DNA from: Guillardia theta CCMP2712
Lineage: Eukaryota; Protista; Cryptophyta
Assembly: GCF_000315625.1 (NCBI RefSeq)
Contig: NW_005434670.1
Span: 941,631 to 1,005,630 of the forward strand
Direction: 5' to 3'
Length of the DNA: 64,000 nt
Positions 51,996 to 64,000 of the stretch are shown in pieces. Within the stretch, counting starts at the first letter, position 1. Each line of letters starts with the position of its first letter. The notes below the pieces were generated by a model, which saw only the letters and a program-made list of their open reading frames with translations, was not told where the DNA came from and searched no databases. A program made the translations under genes and the position numbers.

Positions 51996-54720
51996 AACGG
52001 CCAACCTTGAAGTATTCGTCGTGGTCTCGGACGATGAGCTCCTGCAGTCGAAGGGCTCTGAGCATGCTCGACATCATCCGACCGATGGGCTTCGTGGATG
52101 GAAGGTGGAGGATGGGTACCCCAGCGAAGAGCGTGTCTGCTCCAGTCGCGCCAGAGTTGTAGTTGGGCGTGTCCTGCTCGAAAGGTTAGGAGGAGGAGGA
52201 GCAGCGAAAAAGAGGAGGAGGAGGAGGAGGAGGAGGAGGAGGAGGAGGAGGAGGAGGAGGAGGAGGAGGAGGAGGAGGAGGAGGAGGAGGAGGAGGAGGA
52301 GGAGGAGGAGGACGGTCACGTAGTCGGTACCACNNNNNNNNNNNNNNNNNNNNNNNNNNNNNNNNNNNNNNNNNNNNNNNNNNNNNNNNNNNNNNNNNNN
52401 NNNNNNNNNNNNNNNNNNNNNNNNNNNNNNNNNGAGGAGGAGGAGGAGGAGGAGGAGGAGGTCACTATGGTCCACAGCCCCACCAGGGAGAGGTCACACA
52501 GCGCAGCTCGGCGCAGGTGGTCCTTGACCGCAGCCCTCCTGGCGAAGATGAGACGGTCGGGGGAGACGCCGGCAGCTTGCAGCTCCCTCCGCAGGTTCCT
52601 CTCCGACACCGGCGTCCCCTCCAACATCCACAGGACAGCGTTGCTGACATTGCCCAGCAGGCTGGTCCAGGAGGAGAAGGTCACGGGGTCGACCTTGAAG
52701 TGCTGGTTGAAGTTGCAGAGGACGAAGCTCGTGGCAGGCAGGAGGTTGTTCACCTTCCTCATGCTCAGGTCGAGCTCCCCCAGCGTGTCGAAGTCGAGCT
52801 TCGACCCTCCAGAGTTCGCCCACAGCTGGTGGACGAGGCGGTGGGAGGGCCCGAGGAAGCTCTCGGGGAGGAGCAGGAGGCGCTCTGTGAAGGACGGGGC
52901 GCTTTCAGGGGAAGCGACGACTCGGTCCGCCATGTAGTAGTCTATCCAGGGGGCTCCAGTGGTCCCGATGTAGCCGTGGTAGTGCACCTGGACAGGAGCA
53001 GGGCGAAGGCTGAGGACATCCTGTCTGTGGTCGGAGGTGTATCCTATCAGGTCGAAGAGGATGCAGATGCCTGCTGAGTTGACCAGGTCCGCTGCCCGCA
53101 CCGACTCCTCCCTGTCCCACTTCCTCTTCACGTTTGGCCCTCGCCCGAGCATGACGATCTTCACGTCTCCGACCAGGTGGCGGTTCTTGCTCTCCGCAGC
53201 CGCTGCCTGCTGCTGCTCGTGGATGAGGAACACGGTGACGTCCATCCTGGACAGGTCGTGGAGGGAGAGCACAGAACGCATCATGTTGCCCACGGGATGA
53301 TCCCGTAGGAGGTCGCTGGAGATGTAGCCGATGCGCAGGCGAGAGGAGAGCGTCGGGCTCCAGGAGGGATATGCCCAGCTTGGGACTTCCTCCTCCTCCT
53401 GCTCCTGCCTGCTCCTGATCTCCAGTGGCTGCACCATCCCCATCGTCCTGACTTCCTCCAGGCTCAGGTCGAGGCCCCAAAGATGGAGAGGAGGCTGGGC
53501 CCCTGCCCCACAGACTTGTCCTCCCTCGCACTCAAAGTTCCACTCGTTGCGCTGCAGGAGCAGCACGTCGGGAGGGAGCTGGAGGATAACGGACATCATC
53601 TCTTCGTCCTCCTCCCTCCACCTCCACTCACACCCCATCACCCGCACTGGAATCATGCGGACGAACGGGAGGTTGGCCATCTCCATCCTAGTCAAGCACC
53701 CGTCGGGGCGTTGACAGTCTGCCGCCTTGGACTCCTTGCAGGCAAGGCAGCGGCGGCATCGTTCCAGCAGTGAATCATCGAAGCGGAAGGCCCGAGCGAT
53801 CTGAAGGCAAACTCACTCCATCAGCAACGATGAAAGTTGGAGGGAAACCTGAGACGCCCGATGCAGGTTCTCCTTTGCGCTGGTAAGTTTGTTATGGTGC
53901 AGATCGTAGACGGTCAGCTGGGAAGGAGGGAAGCAGGATCAGCAGGAGGAAACGAGACAGCAACAGCACTGCACACTTGCAAAGAAGTGTTGTACAAGTT
54001 GGTAACGATGTCCAGCTCGAAGTCAGGGACTTGACAGCCAGTGATGGCTGGTTGACATGGCTCGTGAGACATGCGCTTCATTCCCTCCTCGCTGTACTTG
54101 ATGAACGTGATGGGGTCTCCCTGTGCGAATAGACAATCAGAGGAGGAGGAGGAGGAGGAGGAGGAGGAGGAGGAGATAATGAGGAGGAGGAGGAGGAGGA
54201 GGAGGAGGAACAGCAGGAACAGCAGCAGCTAAAGAAATTTCCCACCTGGTGGAGGTAGAGATTTGCGATGGACCAGAACGCGTGCTCGTACTTGAGCTGA
54301 TGGTGTAGAGTGTAGTTGATCCCAGCAAGGAGAACTTGTTCTGCCGTGCGGAAATCTTTCCTCTTCCTCAGGATGTTCGCGTACGTTACCGACGTCATAT
54401 GGTCCACCTGCATCTCGGCCGCATGCTTCGCAGCGTTGTACGCTTCCTCTGCTCAGCATGTCACAGATGGAATTGCAGCTCCTTCTCTCACCCTCCATCC
54501 CAATCGCCATGTAGGAGTTCGCCATATTGTTCCATGGCACGTTCGAGTCCGGACGGAGACGTGCGGCCTCTCGCCATTGCGCTATCGCCTCCTCGTGTCT
54601 GCCAGCTTGAGCATGATCGTTGCCAGCAATCAGGTGCTGGAGGGGATCAACGTCGCTACTGGCACCAAGAACTCTCCCTTCCCAGTGGAGCAGCAAGAGG
54701 AGGAGGAAGGTTGTGCGCAT
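51212..54720 (-). CDS. GT41 O-GlcNAc-transferase-like protein (OGT/SEC-type) with few TPRs and a predicted signal peptide
   Basis: Catalytic-domain motifs RLRIGYISSD..DHP, DLIGYT, RPAPVQ..GYIGTTGA..IDY, CNFNQHFK, HLRRAALCDLSL|DTPNYN..DTLFAGVP and SPLFD. A TPR-like GRHEEAIAQWREAARLRP is present. The N-terminus reads MRTTFLLLLLLHW. Confidence 0.88.
52213..52310 (+). repeat. (GAG)n trinucleotide microsatellite, intronic
   Basis: About 32 perfect copies next to an assembly gap. Confidence 0.95.
52334..52433. other. Assembly gap (100 N)
   Basis: Run of N. Confidence 1.
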
Positions 54721-54823
54721 GCCCAACCATCAACGCAGAATCTGAAGACCATGAAAGTCATCAGGGAAGCAGCTCAGGGATATTCTTCGTTTGATGGAGA
54801 GCTATCATCCTTTGCTCTTGCGA

Positions 54824-57800
54824 CTATTTCAGTCCCACACGCTCTGGCGATGATTCCTTCCCTATTGCCCATCTCTCCCTCTCCTGCCTCCCTCCCTTCT
54901 CGTTACGTTCTTCCTCCTTTCTTTCTCCCTCCTCCGCTTTCTCACTCCCTTCCCTCCCTCCCTTCCCTCCCTCCCTTGAACAAACCGAGGATGGCATACT
55001 CGGCATCGCCAGGACAAAGTACCGGTCCTTTCATNNNNNNNNNNNNNNNNNNNNNNNNNNNNNNNNNNNNNNNNNNNNNNNNNNNNNNNNNNNNNNNNNN
55101 NNNNNNNNNNNNNNNNNNNNNNNNNNNNNNNNNNCGGGTGGAGGGGACTGCCTGCGAGGATTGGGTTGTTCAATATTGATACAGTCGAGGAGTGCAGCAA
55201 GGGAGGGAGGAGGGGGGAGGAGGGGGGAGGGAGGAGGGGGAGGAGGTAGGAAGGGGAGGGGGGAGGGGGGAGGGGGGAGGGGGAGGAGGTAGGAAGGGGA
55301 CGGGGGAGGGGGCAGGGAGGAGGGGGGAGGAGGTAGGAAGGGGAATGGGGAAGGGGGATGGGGGAGGGTGGAAGAAGGATGGAAAGGTGCGAGAGACATC
55401 TCAAATAAGAACGATGGCGGAAAATGGATCGGGCAGGGAGAAGAAGTGACAGCATCTTGATGTGTGGGACGTACTGGGAGAAAGCTGGAGTGGAGATCTT
55501 GTGATTTGCCATCTCTTCCCATTTCAAACTCCATTCTTTCAACTCCTCCTGATGCATGTGGTTCTCAACCATCAATCTTCGGTTCTGTTCGCTCAGTTGA
55601 CCGACCTGTTATCCAAAAGAAAGCCATTAAATTCCCATCACACACAAAGCTCGTCGAGAATTTTACAGCAAGTTCTAGCTTCTTGTTCTCTGACTCTCCG
55701 ACGATCTTTTCTTCAGGTTAGAAATGACAGCAAAACTACTTACCCATCTAATTACCTGATAAGCCGAGGCTCCGAGTCTGATGCGATCAGGAGAACCTTC
55801 GGCTTGCAATGTCTGCCTCTTGAGTTTGGTCTCGAGATCCTGTTGCCGCAACTTGGAGCTCTCCAGCTCCATCTCCAGCACCTCCACCTGAGACAATCGA
55901 CCTCGGAGCTGCGCGAGCTCCGTGCTCGCCGCTTGCAGCTCAGCCTTGGACTGGTTCAGACTCTTCTCCCTGTCGTTGCTCGCTCTCGCCGAGGCTTGCA
56001 GCTCGTCGTACATCTTGTTCCTCTCGGCCTCCAACTGCTGCATGTTCTCTGCCATCGCCGCTGCGGATTGCTGAGACTCGTTGAGCGACTGCTGGAGTTG
56101 ATTGACCTGCATCAAGTTCAGCGAGCAGACAAGGGGAGCAGTCGCTCTGCCTACCTTGATCTTGAGCTGAGCCATCTCATTGCCCATTGCCTCTGTTTGC
56201 TGACGCCAGACTTGAGATTCAGACACAACCTGGGGCGAGTCAGGGGATACTAGACGGCAGTTGACGTGAACCTGTCTGTACTTCATTTCGTATTCTTGGA
56301 CAAGATGGTTGGATCGCTGAACACTCCAGTAGGGATTCTCAGGATCATTCAGCTTCTCAATTTCAACCTGAGCCTGACGAGGGAAAGAACACGGACAAGT
56401 GAGATTTCAATCGACGACAGGCCAAGTCAACACTAGACCTCTCTCAGCCTCGATTGGGTCTGCATCAGCTCTTGCCGCACTGCATGCAACTCCATCGCCT
56501 TCGTCTCACACTCGCTCCTGGCACGGTTCGAAAGTTCTGCAGCCTGCGCCTTCTCAGTCTCCTGTGCAGGAAAACACGTCAAACATCAGGAAGGGAGGAT
56601 CGGAGGCGAGTTTTCGTCACCAGCATTAATGCGGCATTCGCAGCTCTGATGGCGTCTTGACTTGCATGCACCTTCTCGTCCTCGACGATCTTGAGCAGCT
56701 CCTTCAGTCTGAGAATCTCTTGCTCGAGCCCCAGCCTCGACGACAACTCCCTCGTCACATTTTCCTCTGCTCATTGAAAATATTACGCCAGAAAGACTTC
56801 AACGCTCTGGTTGTTACTCCTCACCGCTCAAGCTCCGCGTCTGAATCTCAGCGGCCAGTCCTTGTTCCGCTGTTCTCCTCATTTGCATTTGAATGGAGAG
56901 TTGCTCATTCATACTTTCGGCTTTCCTGCAGTGGTATAACATGAGGGATCAAACCTCAGCTGGAACAAGCGTTGTGAAGGGCAACCTCATCAAGTCAATG
57001 GTGTCAGCCTCGGCCCTTTGCCTAGCCTTCGCCTCCACTCGAGCGAGTGCTTCGACTTTCCCTCGCTCTGCCCTTTCCCTCGAAAGCTCATTCTGACAAC
57101 AATCAGTCAGAGATTCATGCACACATAGAGAAAACTGTCGAAACAGCACGGCCATCAGGACATTTCTCGTGACCTCTTCAAACCCCTCACATCTCAAGTA
57201 AACTTCAAGTCCCCACCATCAATATCTTGTGTGCATTCATGGCTTCGCTTGCGTCCATCTCTACTCTCTTCAGCTTGATTTGCTTCTCATTCATTATCTT
57301 GCACTATGTCAAGATAATTACAGTATCATGTTGCATGATCGCACCTTCTCAAAAGAAGCCCTTGTACTCGCAAGCATGCCCTCCAGCTTCTTCTTCGCCG
57401 CTTCTTTTTGCCCGCCGGAAATTCTCAAAATTGCAAGTCGTGAGTGCGCACTCTGAAAGCTTCCCTGAGATTGATTATCAGAGCCAGCAGAACGACATGC
57501 TCAACAGAACGACGACATGCTCAACAGAACGACGACATGCTCGACAGAACATGCTCGACAGAACATGCTCAACAGAACATGCTCGACAGAACATGCTCGA
57601 CAGAACATGCTCGACAGAACATGCTCGACAGAACATGCTCAACAGAACATGCTCGACATAGGTCTGCAGGATCTTGGCAGTGATATACCTTGATCTCGTG
57701 GTACAAGCTCTCAACGCTGTCCTCCTCCGAGCCGCCCTTGAGGTGAGCGCGGGTATGAAACACGACTTGGTCCAGGGAGTTCTTGTGGAGAAATTTCAAC

Positions 57801-58079
57801 TTGACAGAATCCATTCATCGAATTTCTCACATTGTCAGGAAGAAGCTGGTTGATTTGTTGTTCATCAAAGGTTTCAATCTTCCCACCGTCCCAGCACACT
57901 ACCAATGTCCATGTCAAGGTAATACCAAGAATCCTTCTCTTCAGCTTCTTCCTCCTCTTCCCCCCCTCCCTACCCTCACCTGAGATCCTCTGATCTTTGA
58001 TCGCAAACACAGTCCCTCTCATCTGCACGTTCCCTTGTCCCCGCATCGCCCGCATCCCCACCGCGGCCTTCAGCGCCAT
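54824..58079 (-). CDS. Long coiled-coil protein, multi-exon, function unknown
   Basis: E/Q/K/A-rich heptad exons (e.g. 55675-56286, 56949-57197) separated by roughly 50-nt GT-AG introns. The 3' end crosses a gap and is uncertain. Confidence 0.6.
55035..55134. other. Assembly gap (100 N)
   Basis: Run of N. Confidence 1.
57488..57656 (+). repeat. 14-bp minisatellite (CAGAACATGCTCRA) x8 plus three expanded variants
   Basis: Units of 17, 20 and 20 bp (extra GAC triplets), then eight 14-bp units. It lies within a predicted intron (57688-57453, minus strand). Confidence 0.95.
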
Positions 58080-58524
58080 TTCCGATCGGACTTGGAACCG
58101 CGCCCCTCAAATCTCCACCCCCAGGACCCCTGCTCCCTAGAGCAAAATCACTAGTATATGAGGGGTAGGTGGGAGAAAACAAAAGATCAATCAAATGACA
58201 GAGGCGTTTCGTTTTCTAGTTTCGAAGTTTCTATCGAAGTTTCTATCAAAAGTTTCAAGATTTCAATGTTGCAAAGTTCCAAAGTTGCGATGAGGCCGAA
58301 GGAAAATGGCGGGAAGGGACGGCATGGGGGGGCGGAGTGGGATCCAGCAGAGCTCTGTTGTCCTCCCCTGCCTCGGCCTTGGAGAAGCTCTCAAAGGGAC
58401 GTGCATGCTAGTATGAAGGAGATGGGGCCGATGAAACAGAAGATCCGATCTTGTTCAGAAGCCAACTAGCCCTTGATTCCGAAATTTTGAAATCCCCACC
58501 TTGTCTCACATGTGAGGTCATCAA

Positions 58525-61500
58525 CATGGCCTGCTGCATCCATCGTCGATCGAGTGACACGCTGTTTTTTGTGTTCTTTGTGGTTTGCTGTGTACATATA
58601 TGCGATGTCTCAGGGGAAACAGCTCGTGCAAGGAGTGCAATCTCGATATTTGACAGGTACGAGGAATCCTTGTCCGACGAGGCTCTGCGGTACCTGCATG
58701 CCAAAGGGATCAACAAATCACGACAAAAGGAGGGAGTCAGAAAGAACCTGCGCCATGCAAAACTCAGTCTGAAGGATAGGAAGGAGGGACGAGCCGTAGG
58801 GATTGAGAGAAAAGACAAAGCCCAGGCCGATGTCGAAAATGGCGAAACAGAGCGGAGAGAGATCTGTGTTGGAAAGGCAGCTCAGCGAATGTTGAATGCG
58901 GATGATCAGGAAGTTATTCGAAACGCCAAGCCTAAGAAAAAGACATGTGACAACTCGGGCAACAAGAAAAAACTCAAGGAAATCTCGAAAGGAGATATTC
59001 TGCTGGACTCTGATACATATTACTGTGGCACAAAGAAGAAGCTGTCAGCACGAGCATACAAAACACCGAAGGGGAAGAAGAAAGATTCTGTCTTCCCTCC
59101 CAGTGGAATCGAGATGCTAGAGCAAAACACCTTGAAAGAAGATTCCATTGTTCTTGAGCAGGACTTGGAGAGGATCTCCCCTGAGAAGGCGATAGATTCT
59201 TCTCCGATTCTAGCTTCACATGTCACTGAGAGCTCATCATGGTCGTTACAATCTTTGAATGACCAATTCCAAGACATCTGTACTGATGCCACCTTGCCCA
59301 ATCCTCTAAACTCAGTCACTGAGAGTGGAGAGGATTATTCTTTCGTTCAAGGGTCTCCGGGAAAACTTGATCATTTGAACCTCACCAATGCATCTGGCGC
59401 AGAAACTTATGAAAGAAAAGCAAAAAAAAAGAAATCCACCATTAGGTGAGGCATTCTTTACTGAATTTCGTACAGTAAGATGAGATTTGATCAGGAGGGA
59501 TCCATTGAAAGTCAGCGAGGGACCAGGTTCAGAATCGATTGGAAGTGCCATACAAGGAGACCAAATTGTAGATTCTTTCAATTCCACAGACGGAGATGTT
59601 AAAACGCAATTGGAATGTTGTATTGTAGTCGATGGAAAACCGGTAGGCACATACATCGTACTGCTATCCACTGGTAATCTTGACTTTGATTGAACAGAAT
59701 GCTCTTAAGCGACCTAGACATCTTGTTGGGGGCCATACGTACGATCCCAACACGAGAGAGAAGAAGGTGAAGTCATCTTCGACCGATGGTTGATTTGCTC
59801 AGATGAACTGAACGTACAATCTTCCCACAGAGATTTTTGAAGGAGTGCGGGGACCAGCTACCACAGGTGAGATTGAATCGTGCTAGTCTAAATCGAAAGT
59901 AATACATTTCTGAGCAGAAACCTTGGCAAGGAGCGATGTCGCTCACTCTAGAATTTCACATGCCTCGCCCGAAGATTCATTTTAGTTCCAGGAAAGCAAG
60001 GTAATGATCATTGCAAGCAGTTTGCTTGAAATGCTGTTTTAACGAAGTTTGCCCCTCCTGTAGTCTTGGTCAACTCAAGGATTCCGCTCCTGTCTATCCT
60101 GCTAAAGTTCCTGACTTGGACAACCTGGTGAAATTCGTAAGTGCTCACAGAGAAAGAGATTCTCTTGTGAAATATTGGTTTTCAGGTTTTGGATGCGCTG
60201 AATGAAAAATTGTACCAGGATGACAAACAGGTTTGGCATGACATGTGCATTTTCTGTAATGATCATCAACCATGAACAGATATGTGAGATTGTTGCTCGC
60301 AAGATATATCAGAACACTTCAGGGGACGGACGCACTATCGTCTATGCGAAGTTTTTGGAATCCAGCGCTTAGTTGCTCGCCAGCATTGCTTTATTCTTTT
60401 GTTTCCATGCTCACGGTTAAGGTGTTGTATAGTATGAAACTCTTTCAAAGTTCCTTGTCCCTGCTTAGCTTCTTGCACCTCTGTATTACAGAGTCAGCGA
60501 GAGAAACAGAACATGTTTCGACCTTCGCCGTTCGACTGCAAATTTCTGTCTTGAGCAAACTGGTGTTAGCAGCCATGGCCCCGTGATCTCCTGCCCAGCG
60601 GATGACAGCGGAGGTAATCTACAAACAGCTCAAGGAGGAGCAGCTGGAGGAGGAGCTGGAGAGACCTCGTCTTCATAGTTGTCAAACAGGAATGCGCATT
60701 CCTCGTGGAAGTCTCGAGCTGGACCCTCAGTCGCATCGCCCTGCTCCGATGATGAGGAAGGGTGGTCAGCAGGATCAGATTCTGCGGAGAAAGCACAGGG
60801 GACGGGGAGCAGGACTTCCAGGACGAGAGGAGGGGAGGGAATGGCGGTTGAAGGGGAGGGGAGGGAGGAGGATGAGGACAGGAAAGCATATAGTCACCTC
60901 ATGCCGGTTGTAGCTGTCAGTGCAGAGTGGCTCGAGCAGCTCTGAGAGGTCCAGCGAACGCTTCCTCAAGGCAGCAGCAGGAGCTTGACCCAAACTGGCC
61001 TCTTCACGATGAGGAGGGAGGAGGGCAAGAGAGGTTGGACCTGGAGGTGCGGAGGACGAAGGCCATATCATCAACGATCCCCTCGCAAGCTTCACATACT
61101 GTCGGATGGTACTGCCATCCATGTTATGTCCACTGCCCCCCTCCTGCACCTGCTCACCTGCTCGCTCCTGGCCAGCCTCTTCTTGGCCTGCCACCCAGTT
61201 CTCTGCTCGCCACGTCAGTTCCTTCTCCTTCCCCTGCTGCCTCCCACCTCAAAGCCGCATACTTTCATAACAGAGCCCGGCTCGTCTGAGCAGAAGCCCA
61301 TGATCTGCAACACAAAGTCAACTGCTCCCCTGGCTCCTCCTGCCCCTGCCCCTGCCCCTGCCCCTGCTGCAGCATCTCCTAAAAGGCAGCAGGTACCTTC
61401 TCGTGTAGTCCCAGCCGTCCATTCGGCACCTGCACACGCTGAGAGCTCTGGGTTGACGAAGTTCATCCACCTTGGAGGACCACTGATTAGCGCAGTCCTG

Positions 61501-61924
61501 AATCTCTTTGATCGAAAGGTCCCGACTCTGATCGCTGGATCTGCAGGAGAAGCTTCACGTCTGACCACAAGCTCCCAGCTCCTGCACCTCTTGCACCAAG
61601 AAGCGAACAGGCTGAAGTGCCGTGAGACGATCTTGTGACCGTGCCACTGCGGTCAATTTCAGCACGGCAGGCAGCAGGCAAGGGGCGCGGGCTGCCTTGA
61701 CCACTCTCGCACAATCAGCACGGGAGATGTTGCTAAGAGCGTTCATGTACGAGGAGGAACAAATCTTCATCATTGCGTTGGATGACTCTGCATTTTCACT
61801 CGAAAGACTTGCAGTCCCTCCCTGTCTTCAACATCATCCATCCTTCCACAAGCAAGTGCAGGTTGTTACCGGACTGATGATTCCGGCAGCAGCCAGCCGG
61901 GAGACGAGGGGGCCCCAGTCATGA
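58525..61924 (+). CDS. Hypothetical protein(s), multi-exon, with N-terminal hydrophobic segment and Lys-rich region
   Basis: ORF 58451-59449 followed by many short plus-strand exons to 61924. No family was recognised, and it may be more than one gene. Confidence 0.4.
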
Positions 61925-61934
61925 TGCATCGCCT

Positions 61935-63260
61935 CTAAACTCCGTCGACAGGCGTCACAATGCCTCTTGGAGGGCGTGAGAAGATTGGAGGTGAAAATTT
62001 GAAGATGATCGACAAGACAGAAACAACCAACATGGAGATTAAAATCATAGTTGTCATGTCATCGATTGTTATCATCACCATCACCATCACCATCACCACA
62101 ACAACAAGAACCATGATCATGATCATAATCATGATCAGCAGCAGCGGCAGCGGCAGCGGCAGCACTAATACCACCACCGCCACAACATCATCATCATCAA
62201 CAACAAGAACCACTCTCATCGGCATCTCACACCCAATCATCACCATTCTATCCGGGAATTCGAAGCTCGCGATGGTGTCCCTGACCCACTTGTGGATCCC
62301 GTTGGCAGAAGTCTGCTCAAGGAGGGAATGTGAGCATCGGGGAGGAAAGGACTGATCCGGAGCTACAAGATCCGGAGCTGACCTGACCGTCATAAGAAAG
62401 GATCTCTCCCTTGTGGACCCACTTGACAGCAGGGAGATCTGTGGCCCCGTACTTGTCCTCGAGACTCCTGCGATCTTCGGGGCTCATCTCCTCCAGGATC
62501 ACCTGTGACGATGGAACACTTAGGGACCGGGCAGCGGTGTGCTGACGTCACCATGGAGAGGTGAAGTTGCGTCAGTCCTTCCTGTGCAAGCTGATTGGCC
62601 GCCCATTTGAGGTTGGGTATCAGTTGCCTGAGGAGAGAATTTTGTGATCATGTCCGAGTACGTCAGGAGGAGACGTCACCTGCTGCGTTCGCACTGTGAT
62701 GACAAGAAGGCAACCAGCAAGCTGTCTGTCGCTCTCTCGAGCTCGTCGAGGTCCTTTGCCGTCTTGATGGCTGAGACTGAAACTCTTGAGCTCAGTGCAG
62801 ACAGACGTAAGCTCTAGCTCCTCCATCAACTCCCTATCCTTCCATCCCCTGCCCCATTGCGTCTCTCCTCGTATCCCTGCTTCTCTTTCCCGAATTTTCA
62901 ACTCTCTCCTTTCTCCTCCGCTCTCCTCTCTTGTGATCTCCTCCTCTCCCCCCATGCTCTCCTCTCCCCTCCTCTCCCCTCCTCACCTCCAATCCCTGCA
63001 TCGGCTCCCACTCTCTCCATCCTCGTCAGCCACATCTGCGCCGCCATCGCCAAGCACACGGCCCAGCTACCATGGCGCATCTCCCCGACGAACCCTCATC
63101 CCCGCGCAACCATCAAGTTTGTTCCACCTGGAGTTCCACCCCTTCCAGCGACCCTTGCAGCACCCCACCCTGTTCAGCTGCCACTCCACCATGGCGGAAG
63201 CGGCGCTCACGAGCACGACGAGGCAGGAGAAGGAGAGAGCGAGTAAGTCGGCAAGAGAAC
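61935..63260 (-). CDS. PDI-like single thioredoxin-fold protein with CxxS motif
   Basis: The spliced reading is AIKTAKDLDELERATDSLLVAFLSSQCERSR|QLIPNLKWAANQL...|LEDKYGATDLPAVKWVHKGEILSYDG|..SANGIHKWV. The 5' exons and the ends are uncertain. Confidence 0.65.
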
Positions 63261-63584
63261 CATCTCTCCTCTCTCCTCTCTCCTCCTCCTCCTCCTCTTC
63301 CACTCTCCTCTCCCTCCTCCTCCTCCTCCACTCTCCTCTCCCTCCCTTCTTTCTCCTCCTCCTCCTCCGTCTGGTCGCCTTCTTCATCATGGGCACCCCA
63401 TCCCTCGACCTATGCATAGAACTCAACCTCGCATGCTCCTTGTGCTTGTTGTTCCTCGTACTGGGATCGCCACCCACCCACTCATCATTTCTTGTCTCTG
63501 AATACAAATCCAGGTTTGCTGCAACTTGCGAAATCGCAGTCATCGCGTCCGAATGACATTCCTGACTGGTGACTTGATGTATCT

Positions 63585-64000
63585 ATGAACGATCGCCTCT
63601 TCACAAAGACGTTAAACTCAAATTCTGCCTTGTTCGAGTCATTTCGACATTCCTGTGACTTCCGTTTTCTTCTTGAAGGTTCAAGACCTTGAAAGTGCAA
63701 CTTGTTCCAATAGTGGAGAAGGCGATGGAGTTTAGTGTCTTCATCGCGCCATACATCAGGTGAGGTAGCTGAAAGTTGAAAGCAAGAGGAGGATCGACGT
63801 TCTTTCTCACTTGCTAAGTGTCGGTGCAGGGAGATGTATGTTCAAGCACGAGCCGTGTACCTTCTCCTTCCTACCACAGCGATCCGAATGATCTACGGCC
63901 TTGGCGTCTGTTTCTTCGGTGGAATGTTTCCTTTGACAATTGCGGCCTTCGAGACGTTTCGAGTCAGGTGAAGAGGGATGGGAAGAGAGAGAGGGGAGGG
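63585..64000 (+). CDS. 5' part of an uncharacterised membrane protein, truncated by the window end
   Basis: Exons FKTLKVQLVPIVEKAMEFSVFIAPYI and EMYVQARAVYLLLPTTAIRMIYGLGVCFFGGMFPLTIAAFETFRV, each with GT-AG borders. Confidence 0.55.

Noticed and set aside
57488-57656. CRISPR-like array or p53-type RRRCATGYYY site cluster
   Set aside because: There are no unique spacers and no cas genes, and the context is a eukaryotic intron. The p53 consensus match is likely coincidental in a non-animal genome.
57840-58020. Chromo or chromo-shadow-like N-terminus in the coiled-coil gene
   Set aside because: Only a vague LV.W.G pattern is present, which is too weak to support.

Overview
Gene-dense, GC-rich eukaryotic nuclear DNA with GT-AG introns: many about 45-60 nt, others inflated by GA/CT microsatellites. 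There are three 100-N assembly gaps. The overall style is consistent with a cryptophyte alga such as Guillardia theta; this is an inference. About 20 protein-coding genes lie mostly in alternating divergent and convergent pairs. They include an amino-acid transporter, an EsV-1-7 repeat protein, two paralogous secreted Sib-like/MABP/2xLysM proteins, a DnaJ-thioredoxin protein, a CAMK-family kinase and a tandem cNMP-binding protein. Also present are an Sfi1-like repeat protein, a giant EML-like WD40 protein, a GT23 fucosyltransferase, a SEC-C/YchJ-like protein, a signal-peptide-bearing GT41 (OGT-like) enzyme, a CxxS thioredoxin-fold protein and several unknowns. No rRNA, tRNA, CRISPR array or recognisable transposase was seen. 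The best candidate for an undescribed system is the pair of secreted proteins combining a Dictyostelium Sib-like N-terminus, an MABP-like beta-prism and two LysM domains, possibly prey or microbe recognition lectins. The second candidate is a Cys-rich tandem cNMP-binding protein with the same 16-residue insertion in both phosphate-binding cassettes. All domain calls are by eye from motifs, and gene ends are approximate where stated.
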